A stretch of 63,497 nt of DNA from Pocillopora damicornis. Taxonomy: Eukaryota. Position numbers and translations under genes: made by a program. Positions within the stretch are counted from its first letter, which is position 1; every line of letters starts with the position of its first letter. The stretch is taken from NCBI RefSeq assembly GCF_003704095.1, contig NW_020846987.1, positions 62,001 through 125,497 of the forward strand, written 5' to 3'. The notes beneath the pieces are model-generated. The model had not been told where the DNA came from. It worked only from the letters and a program-made list of their open reading frames with translations, and searched no databases. Positions 42,601 through 54,872 of the stretch are shown here, one piece after another.

Positions 42601-42664
42601 AGGTGGAGGTGGTGGTATCGGACGCTGGGTTGTACAGGAAGGTCAATCCACCCATCACAGCTAA
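39614..42664 (+). CDS. Secreted glycine-rich protein, copy 2 (C-terminal exons only; 5' part lost in a gap)
   Basis: Exons gap-39658, 39883-40045, 40193-40234, 40980-41162, ~41688-41855, 42603-42664, paralogous to copy 1 with intact frame and a few substitutions (IGTHA vs IGIHA, FRDDPNPG vs FSDDPNSG, NRKRHR vs NQKGHR). Confidence 0.82.
42236..42353. repeat. Perfect 57-bp inverted repeat with a 4-nt GCGA loop
   Basis: Left arm 42236-42292 (atattatgagagg...gtttcgtgaa), loop 42293-42296, right arm 42297-42353 is the exact reverse complement. Confidence 0.95.
42299..42470 (+). ncRNA. Hammerhead-ribozyme-containing retrozyme/Penelope-like monomer (170 nt), circularly permuted
   Basis: 3' half CAC-GAAAC-AGGCTT-GTC-GGGAAATGTA at 42299-42325; 5' half TATATATCCC-CTGATGA-GTGCTA-aatgttgtgg-TAGCA at 42433-42470. 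Both core boxes (CUGAUGA, GAAA), a GUC cleavage triplet and stems I-III can be paired by eye. Confidence 0.72.
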
Positions 42665-43320
42665 ATCTGTCATGGACTTTAAAAGAACGAAGCCGAAACA
42701 AGTGAACAGCTAATGGGTTCGCTTTACATGATTTGTTCTCTGTTGTATCAGCGTGGTATATCCGAACACAAGTTCTCTTGACACCATCAATTAGTTGTAG
42801 TTGAAGGATGCAAAGTAGGAAATAAACTTAGTTGAATCTCGTCAAAGTCTTGCGTATTCATGATACCGAATGATCGAGCCTATTTATTATTATTTTTTTA
42901 AGCCTACGAGCAGACGCTTATTGTCAGTACTTTGGAACGAGCTTTCCTTCGCTCGCGAGGAATTATGAGGCCTTGAACTACGCGAAGCGATGAGAGGTCT
43001 GCAGGGGGTTCCATTATTAGTCCCAGACTCCACTCACATCTCGACTCGTCTCAAATCCTCCCGCGTGTGGAGAAACGCGCGTTCTGGAACACTAGGACAT
43101 GCTCGTAAGCTATTTCTTTTCGTGCCTGTCGTTCTGAACAAGTCTTACCCAGGTCTTTACCCTCTCTGTTTTTTTTTGTTTTTGTTTTTTGTTTTTTGTT
43201 TTTTGCTTTTTGTTTTTTACTTTTTGTTTTTTGTTTTACTGAGGCAAGTACTGATCTATGGGAACTGAAGGAAAAGTAACTACCTCAACGATTCTTGTAA
43301 CTTTCTTCCGTTTACAATTA

Positions 43321-43777
43321 ATAATGGTAATAGGACCAAGTGGAGTCCAATTCGGACTGTAATCATACGAGTGATTATCAAAATCGTCGATTTTTCTATC
43401 ACGAGTACGATTACTGACAGGATTGGACGACATCAATTCCTGTTACAAATTAATAACCGTTACAATTTCCGGAAAAAAAATACATTTAGGACAAACATCT
43501 CTTGTAAAGACAATGTCTAAAGTAAGAAATTCCTCCATTTTGGAAATTCCCCAGTTTACATTTTTTTTCCAGGATAAGTGGTTGTTGCTATGGTTATTGT
43601 GATCAATTTTGTGATTGGTGGATTTAGCTGAGTGGACTTGATTGGCCGCTTCAGCTGTCCGATAACAGGTGCCTGATTACAACCAACTGTCCGATTACAA
43701 CTGTATAGAATGATTAGTGAAATTTAAAGCAGCTGATGCACCAATCACATTTCAGGAAATAGTAATGGTTATGATTA
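43321..43777 (+). mobile_element. Dispersed repeat/MITE-like element downstream of the Gly-rich gene; truncated paralog at 39070-39255
   Basis: aatggtaataggaccaagtggagtcc... occurs at both sites; the 39 kb copy stops at the duplication junction. Mobile-element status is inferred. Confidence 0.55.
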
Positions 43778-44863
43778 ATATCAAAAAGCTGATCCGAGAG
43801 CCAAGTGGTGAAAGTGTTATTAGAACAAAGCATCGTAATGGTGCTTAACTTATAGCTGTAAATTCAATTGACGCGTTTTATTAACTGTCTGTATATTCGG
43901 AATTTGACGGCAGATGCCTTGATAGAACACAAAGTGGCAGTTTATTGGAGCAATTTTGCAGAACAGACTGTGATAAATTATTCACAAAACAGTAACATGA
44001 TTTAGTCAAACAGAACGGGGATCTTTCTTTACAACAGCAAGTCATTTTTGTAAAGAAGGATAACCGAAACCAAACCAGAACAATCTACGAAAAACTGTGA
44101 CAAAAGGTTAGTGACAAAAACATGAACCAGGCGAAGTTAAAAAATTGGCGACTGCAGATTAATTCAAGCAGTTGGAATGTCGGTCGCTGTTTTCTTAGAG
44201 AATAATTGAGATATATTGCTCCCCTTATCAACAATAGGAAAGTCTTTTTTTCCAGGGTACAATGGCGGAAAATGGTTTGCCTTGCATATTTTAATCAAAA
44301 GTGTCAAGAAATCGTTCAACAAAGCAGTTCTGGTGACTTTCGCGATAAGGAAAAGACGGAAGGGGGGGAAGGGGGGGGAAGATGACAATGAAAAAAAGCT
44401 GCACACAAACCCGAGTTCATCTACCGTATTAATTTTTAAGTTGTTACAAGAACTTGTTTCCGCCGATGTTTCCTTTTATTCTACATATATGAACAGAACA
44501 TCTTGTTTTGATCAGCTTTCCACCGTATATTAAACTTGTACATTGTCGTAATTTTGAAGTGATTTTTACAAAATAGTTACTTGGACGTAACAAAAAGGAT
44601 CCGGAAAACGTTGTTTCCTTAGCTCCCTATAAAGTGCACAATAAGATTGTAAGTTGACTCAAGATAGCCGAAGTGTATCATAACTTCAACCAAATGTTAA
44701 ATACTGTTAGTAATGTTGATTCGATGCCAGAGTATGCTACGTTACTTCGGATCCTGTAGTTTTGTCGAAGCTTTCGGTCACTTTGTGAATGTGCCCCTGA
44801 CCAAATAAAGAGCTGTTTCATTCTCCTTTCCCATAAACGTGGCAGAAGTTCTCTGGTGCGACA

Positions 44864-45928
44864 TTATAGGTCGACAATTTCAGGTCCTTGATATTCATGC
44901 TTCATTCTTTCTTTTACCATGGTAACACTGTTCATAAGCTCCTCCATGCTCGGTCGCTGATCGGGGTCACCTTTGACGCAATCACGAATCGTGGCTTTAA
45001 GCTCGTCAGAGAAATTTTCATTGATATCTGGAGGCGGTCTGCCCTCCATAATGTTTGCCAGAGCAGTAAACATGTCATTCCCTTCAACTTGATAGGCGGG
45101 TTCAAGTGCTGTGATCTCGTACAGTAAACATCCAAGAAGCCACACCTGGCTTTCGGGGCCAAAGGCGTGTCCTTTCATGACCTCCGGGGGTGAATAGAAC
45201 CCCGCTCCATCAACCCTGACATCAGGGTCATTCATCGTATCCTCCGGGGATGATTGGTACAGCAAACCACTGTCTAATTTGAGGTTTCCATGTTCGTCGA
45301 AGGAAATACGCTTCGTCGCTTTAGCAGTCTTGTAGAAAATGCCTTTCTCATTCAGATACTTCATAGCGGAGCACAATTCGCAAAACGCTTTCCATATCAA
45401 GTACTCGGGCAAATGCCTCCGTAGTTCTCGCCGCTCCCTGATAATATCCTCCAGTGAAACTGGAGGGTATTCGAATACAATTATTTCCGTACCACCTTGA
45501 TGAAAGCGCAGAAAACTACGCATGATATTTGGATGGTTGACATCTTTCCAAGCTTCCATAGCGGCCTGAAAATGATCATCTACTAGACAAGGCATGACGC
45601 ACTTAAGCAATACCTCTGACATGTCCAGAAGACACTTAGCAGGATAAACGCAATTCAACATGTTCTCTGAGCTCAAGTTATTTCGGTTTACAAAGAAATC
45701 GTCCACAGTGAGCTGATTGGCTAGATAGTTGATCATTGTCTTTGGAATTGGAAGATCTACGATGCGCGCTAGTCGTTTCAAACCCACAGCTTGTAGAATG
45801 AATGTGCGGCAGTGTTGTTGGAGGGAGCCTGGTTGAGGGTCGAAAGAGGAGAACGCTCCCTCCGGGTTCAGAATGTTAAATCTTGCTTGGTCTGTGGACG
45901 AGTCCTGCAAACGCGTTCTTCTCGCCAT
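44864..45928 (-). CDS. Intronless SOCS-box + NEK6/7-like pseudokinase (354 aa)
   Basis: Single ORF. aa ~33-70 [31 protein letters not shown] fits SOCS box (BC box + LPxP cullin box). Kinase fold: [69 protein letters not shown]. Gly loop absent, HRD replaced by FYKT, DFG/DLG region reads LDSG. Confidence 0.88.
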   Translation of the reverse strand: MARRTRLQDSSTDQARFNILNPEGAFSSFDPQPGSLQQHCRTFILQAVGLKRLARIVDLPIPKTMINYLANQLTVDDFFVNRNNLSSENMLNCVYPAKCLLDMSEVLLKCVMPCLVDDHFQAAMEAWKDVNHPNIMRSFLRFHQGGTEIIVFEYPPVSLEDIIRERRELRRHLPEYLIWKAFCELCSAMKYLNEKGIFYKTAKATKRISFDEHGNLKLDSGLLYQSSPEDTMNDPDVRVDGAGFYSPPEVMKGHAFGPESQVWLLGCLLYEITALEPAYQVEGNDMFTALANIMEGRPPPDINENFSDELKATIRDCVKGDPDQRPSMEELMNSVTMVKERMKHEYQGPEIVDL

Positions 45929-46813
45929 ATGTTAGATATCGGTCAGCTTTCTTAGCTGGTACGCGCACAGACTTCGAATCATGTGCTCGCGTTAATTGAA
46001 AACCTCATCAATACATTTAAGCAATTAATTAGCTTTGTGCGTCAAGATGGCATTCGAATGCCGGAAGCTTTGTAAAGCTTGCCGCACTTCAAAGAGCTAA
46101 AAGCAATTTGAGTCAGTTTTAGCCGTCGGAAGGCCTACCAAAAAATGAAAAGAACCACTGATGAAAAAAGGGCCTTCGGCGCGAAATACTTGCTACTACA
46201 ATCTAAAAGATATATATATTTATCATTCTTGAAATCATCTTTCTTGCGTTACTTTATCTACGAGCACTAACACTACCTAACAAGCGATGTTTTGAAGATT
46301 TTAGATATATGAATTTCATATATATAGATAGATATATGAATTTCATATATTTGCACGGAATTTCGTATATTTGCCCGCACGGGCCTTTTCTTATTGCGAT
46401 AGATGTGGATAGTTATTGCATATGCGCACTAGCAAAACAATAAATCACATTCGAACCTATTTTAGGCGGTCACCCACGGGGAACGGCGGAGCGACCGCTA
46501 AATACAGGTTGACGGCTTAATACCGGTTTCATAGAAAAGGGTTATTGTAAAAAAACGATAAAAATCGGCATTTTATGTCATAACGGAACACTTAATGTAC
46601 CACAACTTGCTCAAAAATACTAATTACATTGATTTCGGCATATAAACATAATTTTACTTTAAAGATCATTCTTAGTTTGATTTGAGTGGTTCCACTTTAG
46701 GTAAACATTCATTACAGGTAGAGGGCAATACAAACAGACCATTGGGACTCAGTGAAGGTTGACCAAAATTGCTACATAGAGGTGACCGCTTAATAAAATC
46801 AAAATTACAGGAA

Positions 46814-47024
46814 TTAACCCATTAACTCCCAAGATCTCAACAGTAATTCTCCTTACTGTCTGCCAAACAATTCTCATCATGTTAGTTTGGAGAATTTGGT
46901 ATCAGATCAATTAGTAATCCCATAATTGATATTTTTCTTAATTCTCATCATATGTCTACATGATATTGTATAGGTACAGTGAGGAGAAATTCTGTCTTAG
47001 TCATTCACAGGAGTTAAGGGGTTA
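46814..47024 (-). mobile_element. TTAA-type MITE nested in another dispersed repeat (~46455-47090)
   Basis: ttaacccattaactcccaagatc ... ggagttaaggggttaa; both flanks carry gaccgcttaata/ttaatacagg motifs. Confidence 0.75.
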
Positions 47025-47628
47025 AAGGGTATAAATTATGGGACTTAGAAAACCGACAGCTTAATATGTTGCCATTTAATACAGGGTTGACTGCAGTTGA
47101 ATGGAAAGCATGCATTGATACCATAGGGTTGGAGAGTCCTGCAAAATTCTAGAACAAAAATTTTAAAAACTTTTTACAGTGGCCAGTTTACATAATCAAA
47201 TCAGTTAATACAACCAAATTACTTTGTAATGTCCCCACCAATGCAGCAACTCTTTAGAAACTTACACCCTTGAACTGAAGATAGTTCAGAACACAGTTTT
47301 GTCAAAAAACGGCAAAATTTTATTGGAAAAAAATTCTATGCGTTATTTTATGCATACATGGAATATTCACTAAAAATTGTGACTAGATGTCCATTTTTTT
47401 CTGATTCAAGTCATGTAAAGTATGTTGAAAGCATTACAATTTTTTTTTTAAGTGTAGAACAAAATGAGGTGTAGAAAGAATGTGTTTGGTGATAATATAT
47501 TATCATCAGTAAAAACTAGGAATGTCTCTCAAGTCATAAGTTAATTGGAATGATTTCACACACTTTAGGATAAAGTAAAGTTTTACCTTCGCATGCACCA
47601 GTATGAACAAATAGAGACCAAAAGGTTT

Positions 47629-50299
47629 CTATCTCCAGAAAGGTCTTTTGTTATTCTGCAATCTCTGAAGACATCTTTGAGAACAAATAAAACTCTCTGC
47701 TGGAATGTGGCTTTGTGTAGGACAAGCAGACACAACTGTATGAGCTAGCTGATGAATATTGATAGTTATAATGTGGTGGACACACGATGTGAAGCAGTAG
47801 TTTCCACAAAAACACTGTTTTGCTGTGTCCAGAAATACACATAGAGAGGATGGAATGAGTTGTTTGAAGTATGCACACCTGCCGGAAGAAGAGAAGAGAT
47901 TGGTAGTCAGAAAAGTTGCTGCAAAAGAGGAGTTTGTATTTCAATGTGGAGACACATGACCAGTGGCTGTGACTATTTTCTGTGACAAACTTTTCTGTCT
48001 GAAAAAGTTCCTATGACTTATTTTAGTGCTGTCTCACTAAACCTTTTAACTCCCAGAAGTGATTAATATGCAACCTCTTCCTTTAATATCCATACATTAC
48101 CCAGCAAACAGGTACTGAGAATACTCAAACTTATCAGGTAGAAATTGCTACCTTGATCTAACACTAAATTCTCTGAACTGATTAAAAAGGAAATGTTTGG
48201 CTGTTAGAAGGGAGAATTAACAGTCAGATCTTGGTAGTTTAAAGGAGCCAAATTGGATGTGGTTGTCTGGGGTATCCTGAGGCTTCAACTGTGGAATACC
48301 ACCCTCATGGCTGGCAAACCCCTGCAACTCTGTCCTGAGGCCTCATAAACCTCAGCAGTAATAACTTCTCACTAACCTGAGTGAGAGGTCTGAACTGGAG
48401 AATTTTGGCCCATTTTATTTACAGACCATGTACAGCAGCATGGTCTGTACAAAAACAACTGAGGGCCAATTTCTCCAAGTACAGCTCATATAAGCAAGGT
48501 TAGTTAGAAGTTAATTACAAACTTGTTTATTATGAATTTTCCAGCTTTCACCAACAAAAATATACCAGATATACAGTTTGTTCATATGGCAAAATCCTGA
48601 ACAAAGTAAGAACTTATTAGAATGCCAAGAATTAATTCAGAACTATCTTTCCATATAATAAAAATAACAGGAAATTCTCAATGAAATTTCAAGATCACTT
48701 GTTAGTAATACTCACTTGTGCTTCTTGACAGCAATTCCTGCACATTCCTTCAATGATGGAACAGCCAATTTGCTAACGTTGTACCACTTATCCTGAGCTA
48801 AAAATGGGTTTGCAGATACATCAATGGAATCCAATTTTAACTTGGATAGGCTGTAAGGTAAGACCTTTAGCTGGTTGTGACTGGCAGAGAGGAATCTCAG
48901 ATGTGAAAGACTTCCAGTATTTATTGGTAACATGTGAAGACTGTTCTTATCAAGTTTTAAATGAACAAGGTTCTTTAAGTTACAGAATGTCACAGGTAAA
49001 AGCTTTATTTCATTTTGACTGAGATCTAAGAGCTTCAAGGATGATGTCAAGCTTCCAGAACACAACAAAGATGGAAATTCCCTGATCCGATTGCCATGCA
49101 AAATTAGCTCTGATAATGTTGAGAAACTGGCCAGTCTGCAAGGGATTGCCCTCACTTGATTGTCAGCAACATTCAAACATGACAAGCTCTTCATTTGTAA
49201 AATGCGTGCCTCAATACGCACAATTCCACAGTTGTTTACAGTCAACTTGTCAAGCTTACTTAGAAATGGCTTTCCAAGAGGATAATCTGCTCTACGTTTG
49301 ATCACCATTTCAGTTTTGGGCTTTTCTATTTCAGAGATCTTTGCAGGAACCAGACAGGATAGGTTGACATTTTCCAATGCTTTATCTCCAAGCTTGAGTA
49401 AAGATAAAAATGTTTTCAGACTTGATGGGTCAGCCTGTTGACAAAGTAAACAACAAATGATACAAGGGAATGAAAAAATTAACTTAGTAATTCCCCATAG
49501 TTTCTTGGTGCTAAGGATGGAGGGGAAATGAAAAGAATTGAAAAGAAACTTCAGAACAATTAAACTACTGTTCAACACAACAGCTGATGAACAATATGCT
49601 TTCGACATCAGGAAACATTGTTATAGACATTCTGAAGCTACTAATTCGTTGGATTGATCAAAATCAAGTCATCTAATAGGACATCTGCAATCATTTTCTT
49701 TACACCCCCTTCCTTATTCTCTTCTCGTAACCCCATCCCCTCTTCCACCCTATGCGCTAAATCAGAGACTACTTTTTGCATATTCGGCAGTCAATACCTT
49801 GTTGATGAAGAGGTCGTGTGGAGGTTCTTTAAAGCGAATCGTAGCTTTGCCTTTTTCGAGAAACTTGGAGAAGACCTGCTGCAGGTTTTCTTTGATCTGT
49901 AACGAGTTCAAAGGATCGATAACAAATAAAAATCATCGAAATAATACTTGTACTTGTACTATCAAGCTACAATAAATGTACTACATGTATCAAAAACTAA
50001 GTAAAAGCTCAGTGCATAATCGAAAAAAAAATTAAAAATCACACAAAATGCAGTCAAATTTATAAGGAAGAGAATGCTCAAATTTAGCAGCCTCGCACAC
50101 CACACACCTTGTATTTAGCTCCATTCCTCTCTTTTGCTGTACAAACTAAAAGAAACACGTTCTTTCCTCTCTCATCGTCAAGTTTCGAAGAATCTTTTCG
50201 CCCGATTGCTAAAGAGGCGCGCGCAGGCTTGCTTGCATTTCGCACGTTGTGAGAAGCAGCTATACGATTTACGATCGATATTTCACAGTTTATACGCAT
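47629..50299 (-). CDS. LRR1: Leucine-rich repeat protein 1 (PPIL5), CRL2 substrate receptor
   Basis: Exons 50299-50108, 49896-49798, 49434-48716, 47878-47629 in phase. N-term [48 protein letters not shown]; LRRs ([40 protein letters not shown]); BC box VPSLKECAG; Cys-rich C-term CFCGNYC..CSQRC. Confidence 0.92.
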
Positions 50300-50530
50300 T
50301 CTTGTTTTTTCGGATGAAAATACTTCTAAAAGAATAACATTCAACAACCTTCCCCCCAGCTTGCCGCCATATTTTGACTCTAATCACGTGTTTACTTTTG
50401 ACCAATCGTTAGCAATTAGAAGCCTTGAGCCCGCGATAATGTTCGAGAGTCCAACTAACCCTCACAAACCTTCGATTCTTAATGATTGCGGTCGAATAGT
50501 TTAGTTTTCCCTCATATTTCTCTCTCAAAC
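50300..50530. promoter_or_regulatory. Putative bidirectional promoter LRR1/TBCB
   Basis: 231 bp between divergent start codons; YY1-like gccgccatatttt (~50363), tcacgtg E-box, CCAAT at ~50402. Confidence 0.6.
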
Positions 50531-53500
50531 ATGGCTAGTATGGAAACACCAAATACCGTATTTGTTCAGATTACAAGCTCAGTGACCTCTTTTACATCGG
50601 AAAAGAGGCTTCAGAGAAACGAAACAATTTCTCTTCTGAAGGTTTGTTCAAATCGCAAGTTACTCATTTTTAGTGAACAAAAACTTAGCTTGAATTCCAA
50701 CAAAATCGCCCTTTATGTCACCCTGCTTTGGATCGTCGTTACTTCAGTGGTTTTCGTTGATGTTTGCTTGTATACTAAACGATTTCGAAGCTGGAAACAG
50801 ATAACGAAATGAATGTTTTAAGTTAATATATTAAATCAGCACAAATAAGTAACTGATTTTATTTTAGACACAGTATGAAAGTATTTCGTTATGCAATTAT
50901 AAACAATTTCTCGAACATGATATGATAAATCACATTTGGAGGTTCTGACTTGATTTTTGGTTTAAAAAATATACTGAACACATTTTTGGATTTCTATCAT
51001 AATAATTGTTTTTTTTGTAGGGAAAATTGGAGCTAATCACTGGCTGCTCTGCAATGACAATGGAAGTTCAATTATTGGACAAAGAAGGGAAATTTCTTTG
51101 TATTCTCAACAACGAAGATGCTATGTTGGGTGCCTATCCAGTTGATGACAATATGAGACTGCATGTAGGTATATTTACTTGAATTATTTTTGTAGATGTT
51201 GTACTAAGTAGCCCCCTGGTAATATTAAGCCACTGTGTAGAGGATTAACACAACTGTTTAAACAGTCATGATAGTTGATGATAGTTGTGATGGTTTCAAC
51301 TTTCATTCACTCTCATTGACTATCATGGTTGCATTCAAACAGTTCATGGCAGTCTCCTTGACATTCTCTTTACCCACACAAATCTGGCCAAGGGTAAGGA
51401 ACAGACCTCCCTGTGTTGTGGTCTGGCCTTGTTATTGTTTACATAGGCCTCCAATCAGCCTGTCTTAATGTCGCAAGTACATACATATATACTAGTGCTT
51501 GATTTTTCTTGAATTTTCCTTCTCAAGGTTGTTGATAAAGATCCCTCTAAAAAGGCCGGTGAATTTGAAGATTTATCAGCTGTGGAAAAGTATGAGATGA
51601 GCACAGAAGATTACTCTAAAAGATCTGGTAAGCTGAACTAGTAGAGCTTCTAAAAGGTGGTGCCCAGAATCTTAAATCAAGTAATAGCTTACCAACAACC
51701 TGCTAGTAACTATAGAACATTTCTATACACCACCAGTAAACCTTAAACAATGGACCAACAATTCTGCAGTTAAAAAAAAGAGTGATGGGTCATGTTGGCT
51801 GTGTTCAAGACCTTGTTGAACTTTTGATTATCTTGTCAATTTGACTTGGGCAAAAAAAAAAGGTGTTTAATTGTCTTATGTTCTCTAAAAATGCAGAAGA
51901 TATTAGACTCCGTGACATTTCTTTTTCAAGTATATGCACCTTTCATGGGTCGGAATAACCCTTTACACCCTTTTCTCCCTACTGTTCTCCATGCATTTCT
52001 TAAGGTGTTGACAGGGAGAATTTGTTTAACAATCACAATCTGCTTTAGTTGGTGATCATTTCCTTTACTCTCGTGACCTTAAAGTTTGGTTCAGGGGTGA
52101 TATTGTAAGGAGAAATTAGATGCTAATCATGATAGGTAAGTACAGAATAACCGATAAACTAGACCTACTGGTGTAACTTTTCTTGATTGTCCAAGAATTA
52201 ACTATTTGTATTTCAGATTCGGTAAGAGCCTTCAAACAAAAAAACAAGTTGGGCCAGTTTAAAGAGAAAACTCCTGAAGAAATTGAAGAAGAGAAAGAGA
52301 AAGAACGACAAGAAGAAACTGCCGCAAAAGCAATCACTGTTGGTTCTCGATGTGAAGTCACAGTCAGTAATGCTCCTGCTAGAAGGGGTGTAGTCATGTT
52401 TGTAGGTAAGACTTTTGCATTGGGTATCATACATGTTTTTGCAAAAGGTTAGTCCTGACAGGGCCTCAAGTTTTTACAACCTGAGCCATTGTTATCATCA
52501 GAGTGGAGTGAAGAGGTCTTAAGATTAGTCAAGTGATTCAAGTTTNNNNNNNNNNNNNNNNNNNNNNNNNNNNNNNNNNNNNNNNNNNNNNNNNNNNNNN
52601 NNNNNNNNNNNNNNNNNNNNNNNNNNNNNNNNNNNNNNNNNNNNNCAGCTTCTACCTGATAAGTTCAAATATTCTCATTACCTGTTTACTGAATAATGTA
52701 TGGATTTTATAGGGAGAATTTTCATGTGAATCACCTCTGGAAGTTAAAGGGTTGAGTCCCGTGAGTGATCAAGACAGAATTTCACCTTAAAATTTATCCA
52801 TACAATATCAAGGAGACAAGTGATGAGAATAAAGAAAAGTATTAATTGGGGGATTATTAGTTGATCCAATAACAAATTCTCCAAATTAACATCACAAGAA
52901 TTATATGGCAGACAGTAAGGAGAATTGCTAATGAGATCTTTTAAGGGGTTAGTATTCAAGACAGGGTTATTACAAAACAACCTCTTTTCAGGCTCAATAG
53001 TTTTTATAAGTGCTCAACATCTAAGGCAGTAAACAAATTTAATATGAATAAGAGTTGCTATGAAAGGTGATGAACAATGCCATGCCCATTCAACATGTTC
53101 AGATTTGGAAGTTGTTAAGCTGTGATTTCAATTCCATTCTTCAGCAATGGCCAAAGATTGTAATTCTCATTTCTCCTTTTTAGGGCAAACAAACTTCAAA
53201 CCTGGCTGGTGGGTTGGGGTTAAATATGATGAACCTTTTGGAAAAAATGACGGCAGGTATTGAACTTTAATTTTTAAAATTTTTTATTTATGTCTTGATT
53301 TAAATCTGTCATGGCTACATTTCAATGAGATTGTACATGTCTGCAGGTGTAGTTTGAGTGAAGTTCAAAAATAGTTTAATTTGAAGTTTGGTCCTCAGCC
53401 AAATTATGATCTTAAGTTTATCAATCAAGGTGAAAGGATAAAATAATTGTTTTAGTGGGTTTTGAAAACTTTTCAATTGGTGTTGAAAAAAATCAACAAT

Positions 53501-54077
53501 ATATTAAAAAGTCTACAAAATCCATGAGGTGTTTGAGCCAAAAAAAAAAAAAGGAGTGTCTGGGTCAAATGTAGATTTGGTAGTTTAATATGACTTTATT
53601 TTTAAAATTTGTATTTTCATTTATTTTAGATAAAGTACAATCTTCATTATTCTTACCAAAAAAAGAAATTAATATTCTCATCTACACTGTCAATAATTTT
53701 AACCTGAATTCCATGTTATCCTGCAACATACCATCAAACTTTGACTTTTTTAACTTGTTGCTGCATGATGCCGATCTTACTTTTAAAATTTCTTGAGATT
53801 AGATGCCATTTCTACCTGCCGTCAAGCAGGGGGAGACTTATATCAGACAAAGCTATTTAAAAATTCTACAGTAAGGGTACTGTAGCTTCATTTTATTCAT
53901 GTCATACCAACCTTCATGTCTAATGACTGTAACTGTTGCTTGTTTTCCATTTTCAGTGTTGCTGGAAAAAGATACTTCACATGTCCACCCAAATATGGAG
54001 GATTTATCAAACCCAAAGATGTCACTGTGGGTGACTTTCCAGAAGAGGATTTAGGCTTTGAAGATGATGAAATGTAA
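50531..54077 (+). CDS. TBCB: Tubulin-folding cofactor B
   Basis: Exons 50531-50641, 51021-51164, 51528-51627, 52217-52405, 53184-53256, 53957-54077. Ubiquitin-like N-term ([25 protein letters not shown]), [25 protein letters not shown]-Gly [32 protein letters not shown], acidic tail DDEM*. Confidence 0.96.
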
Positions 54078-54661
54078 ACTATGAACATGTCCCAGATTCA
54101 ACCCTCTTTGCTTCTTTAACATGCAAGGGGGGCATTTGAGTTTAAGTTTGCATTAAGAAGGCCACTTGTGTTTCAGTCTGGAGTGAAGCAATTGTAAGAT
54201 AGTGATAATTGACGTCATAATCATTGCCTTGATAGCATTGATGTGCTCACTGTCTGTTACTTATTTCAAGTTTTGGATCGGAAAATCTTGAGAGATTCAG
54301 GAACAGATGATGGATTACTGAATTTTTTTTATTATAAGGCACGTCATTTACTGGGTTGCATCTCATAGCCAAGTATCTTTGCACAACTATATATAATTAA
54401 GCCAAATTTCCCCCACAATTTACCTGGTTTTAAGTTAAAAAAAAAAAACATAAGTTAGGACATGTTGGCCATTGACTTTCTTAACTTGGTGGTTCTGAAA
54501 AGGCAATTCTCCTTGACCGCTAAAAATATTGATTATTTAGTTGATCAAGACTGTTCAGAAAAAGGCTACCTTTGTAAATGAAAAGCTCATCTAGTGAATA
54601 CCACAATCTTGTCTCAAGAGGGTCAAATAGTTTACAATACACTTAACATAGCATTAGTTCT

Positions 54662-54872
54662 TTAACCCTTTAACTCCCAAGATCTCACTAGTAACTCTCC
54701 TTACTGTCTGTCATACAGTTTTTGTGATGTTAGTTTGGAGAATTTGGTATTGGATCAACTTATAATCCCCTAATTGATATTTTCTTTATTCTCATCACTC
54801 GTCTGCTTGATATTGTATTGATATTGTAAGGAGAAATTTGGTCCTAGTCACTCATGAGAGTTAAAGGGTTAA
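54662..54872 (-). mobile_element. Best-preserved piggyBac-like MITE (TTAA flanks, CCC..GGG termini)
   Basis: TTAA-CCCTTTAACTC...GAGTTAAAGGG-TTAA, 211 bp including both TTAA; no ORF. Confidence 0.82.

Noticed and set aside
31176-42664. Gly-rich gene as ALK/LTK, collagen or bacterial contamination
   Set aside because: No TM or kinase domain, no Gly-X-Y periodicity; it has GT-AG introns and host MITEs within a metazoan gene neighbourhood.
46302-46352. Short direct repeats tagatatatgaatttcatatat upstream of the pseudokinase
   Set aside because: Two to three AT-rich units consistent with slippage; no support for function.
48712-49608. 298-aa ORF as an independent LRR/NLR gene
   Set aside because: It is LRR1 exon 3 plus upstream intron.
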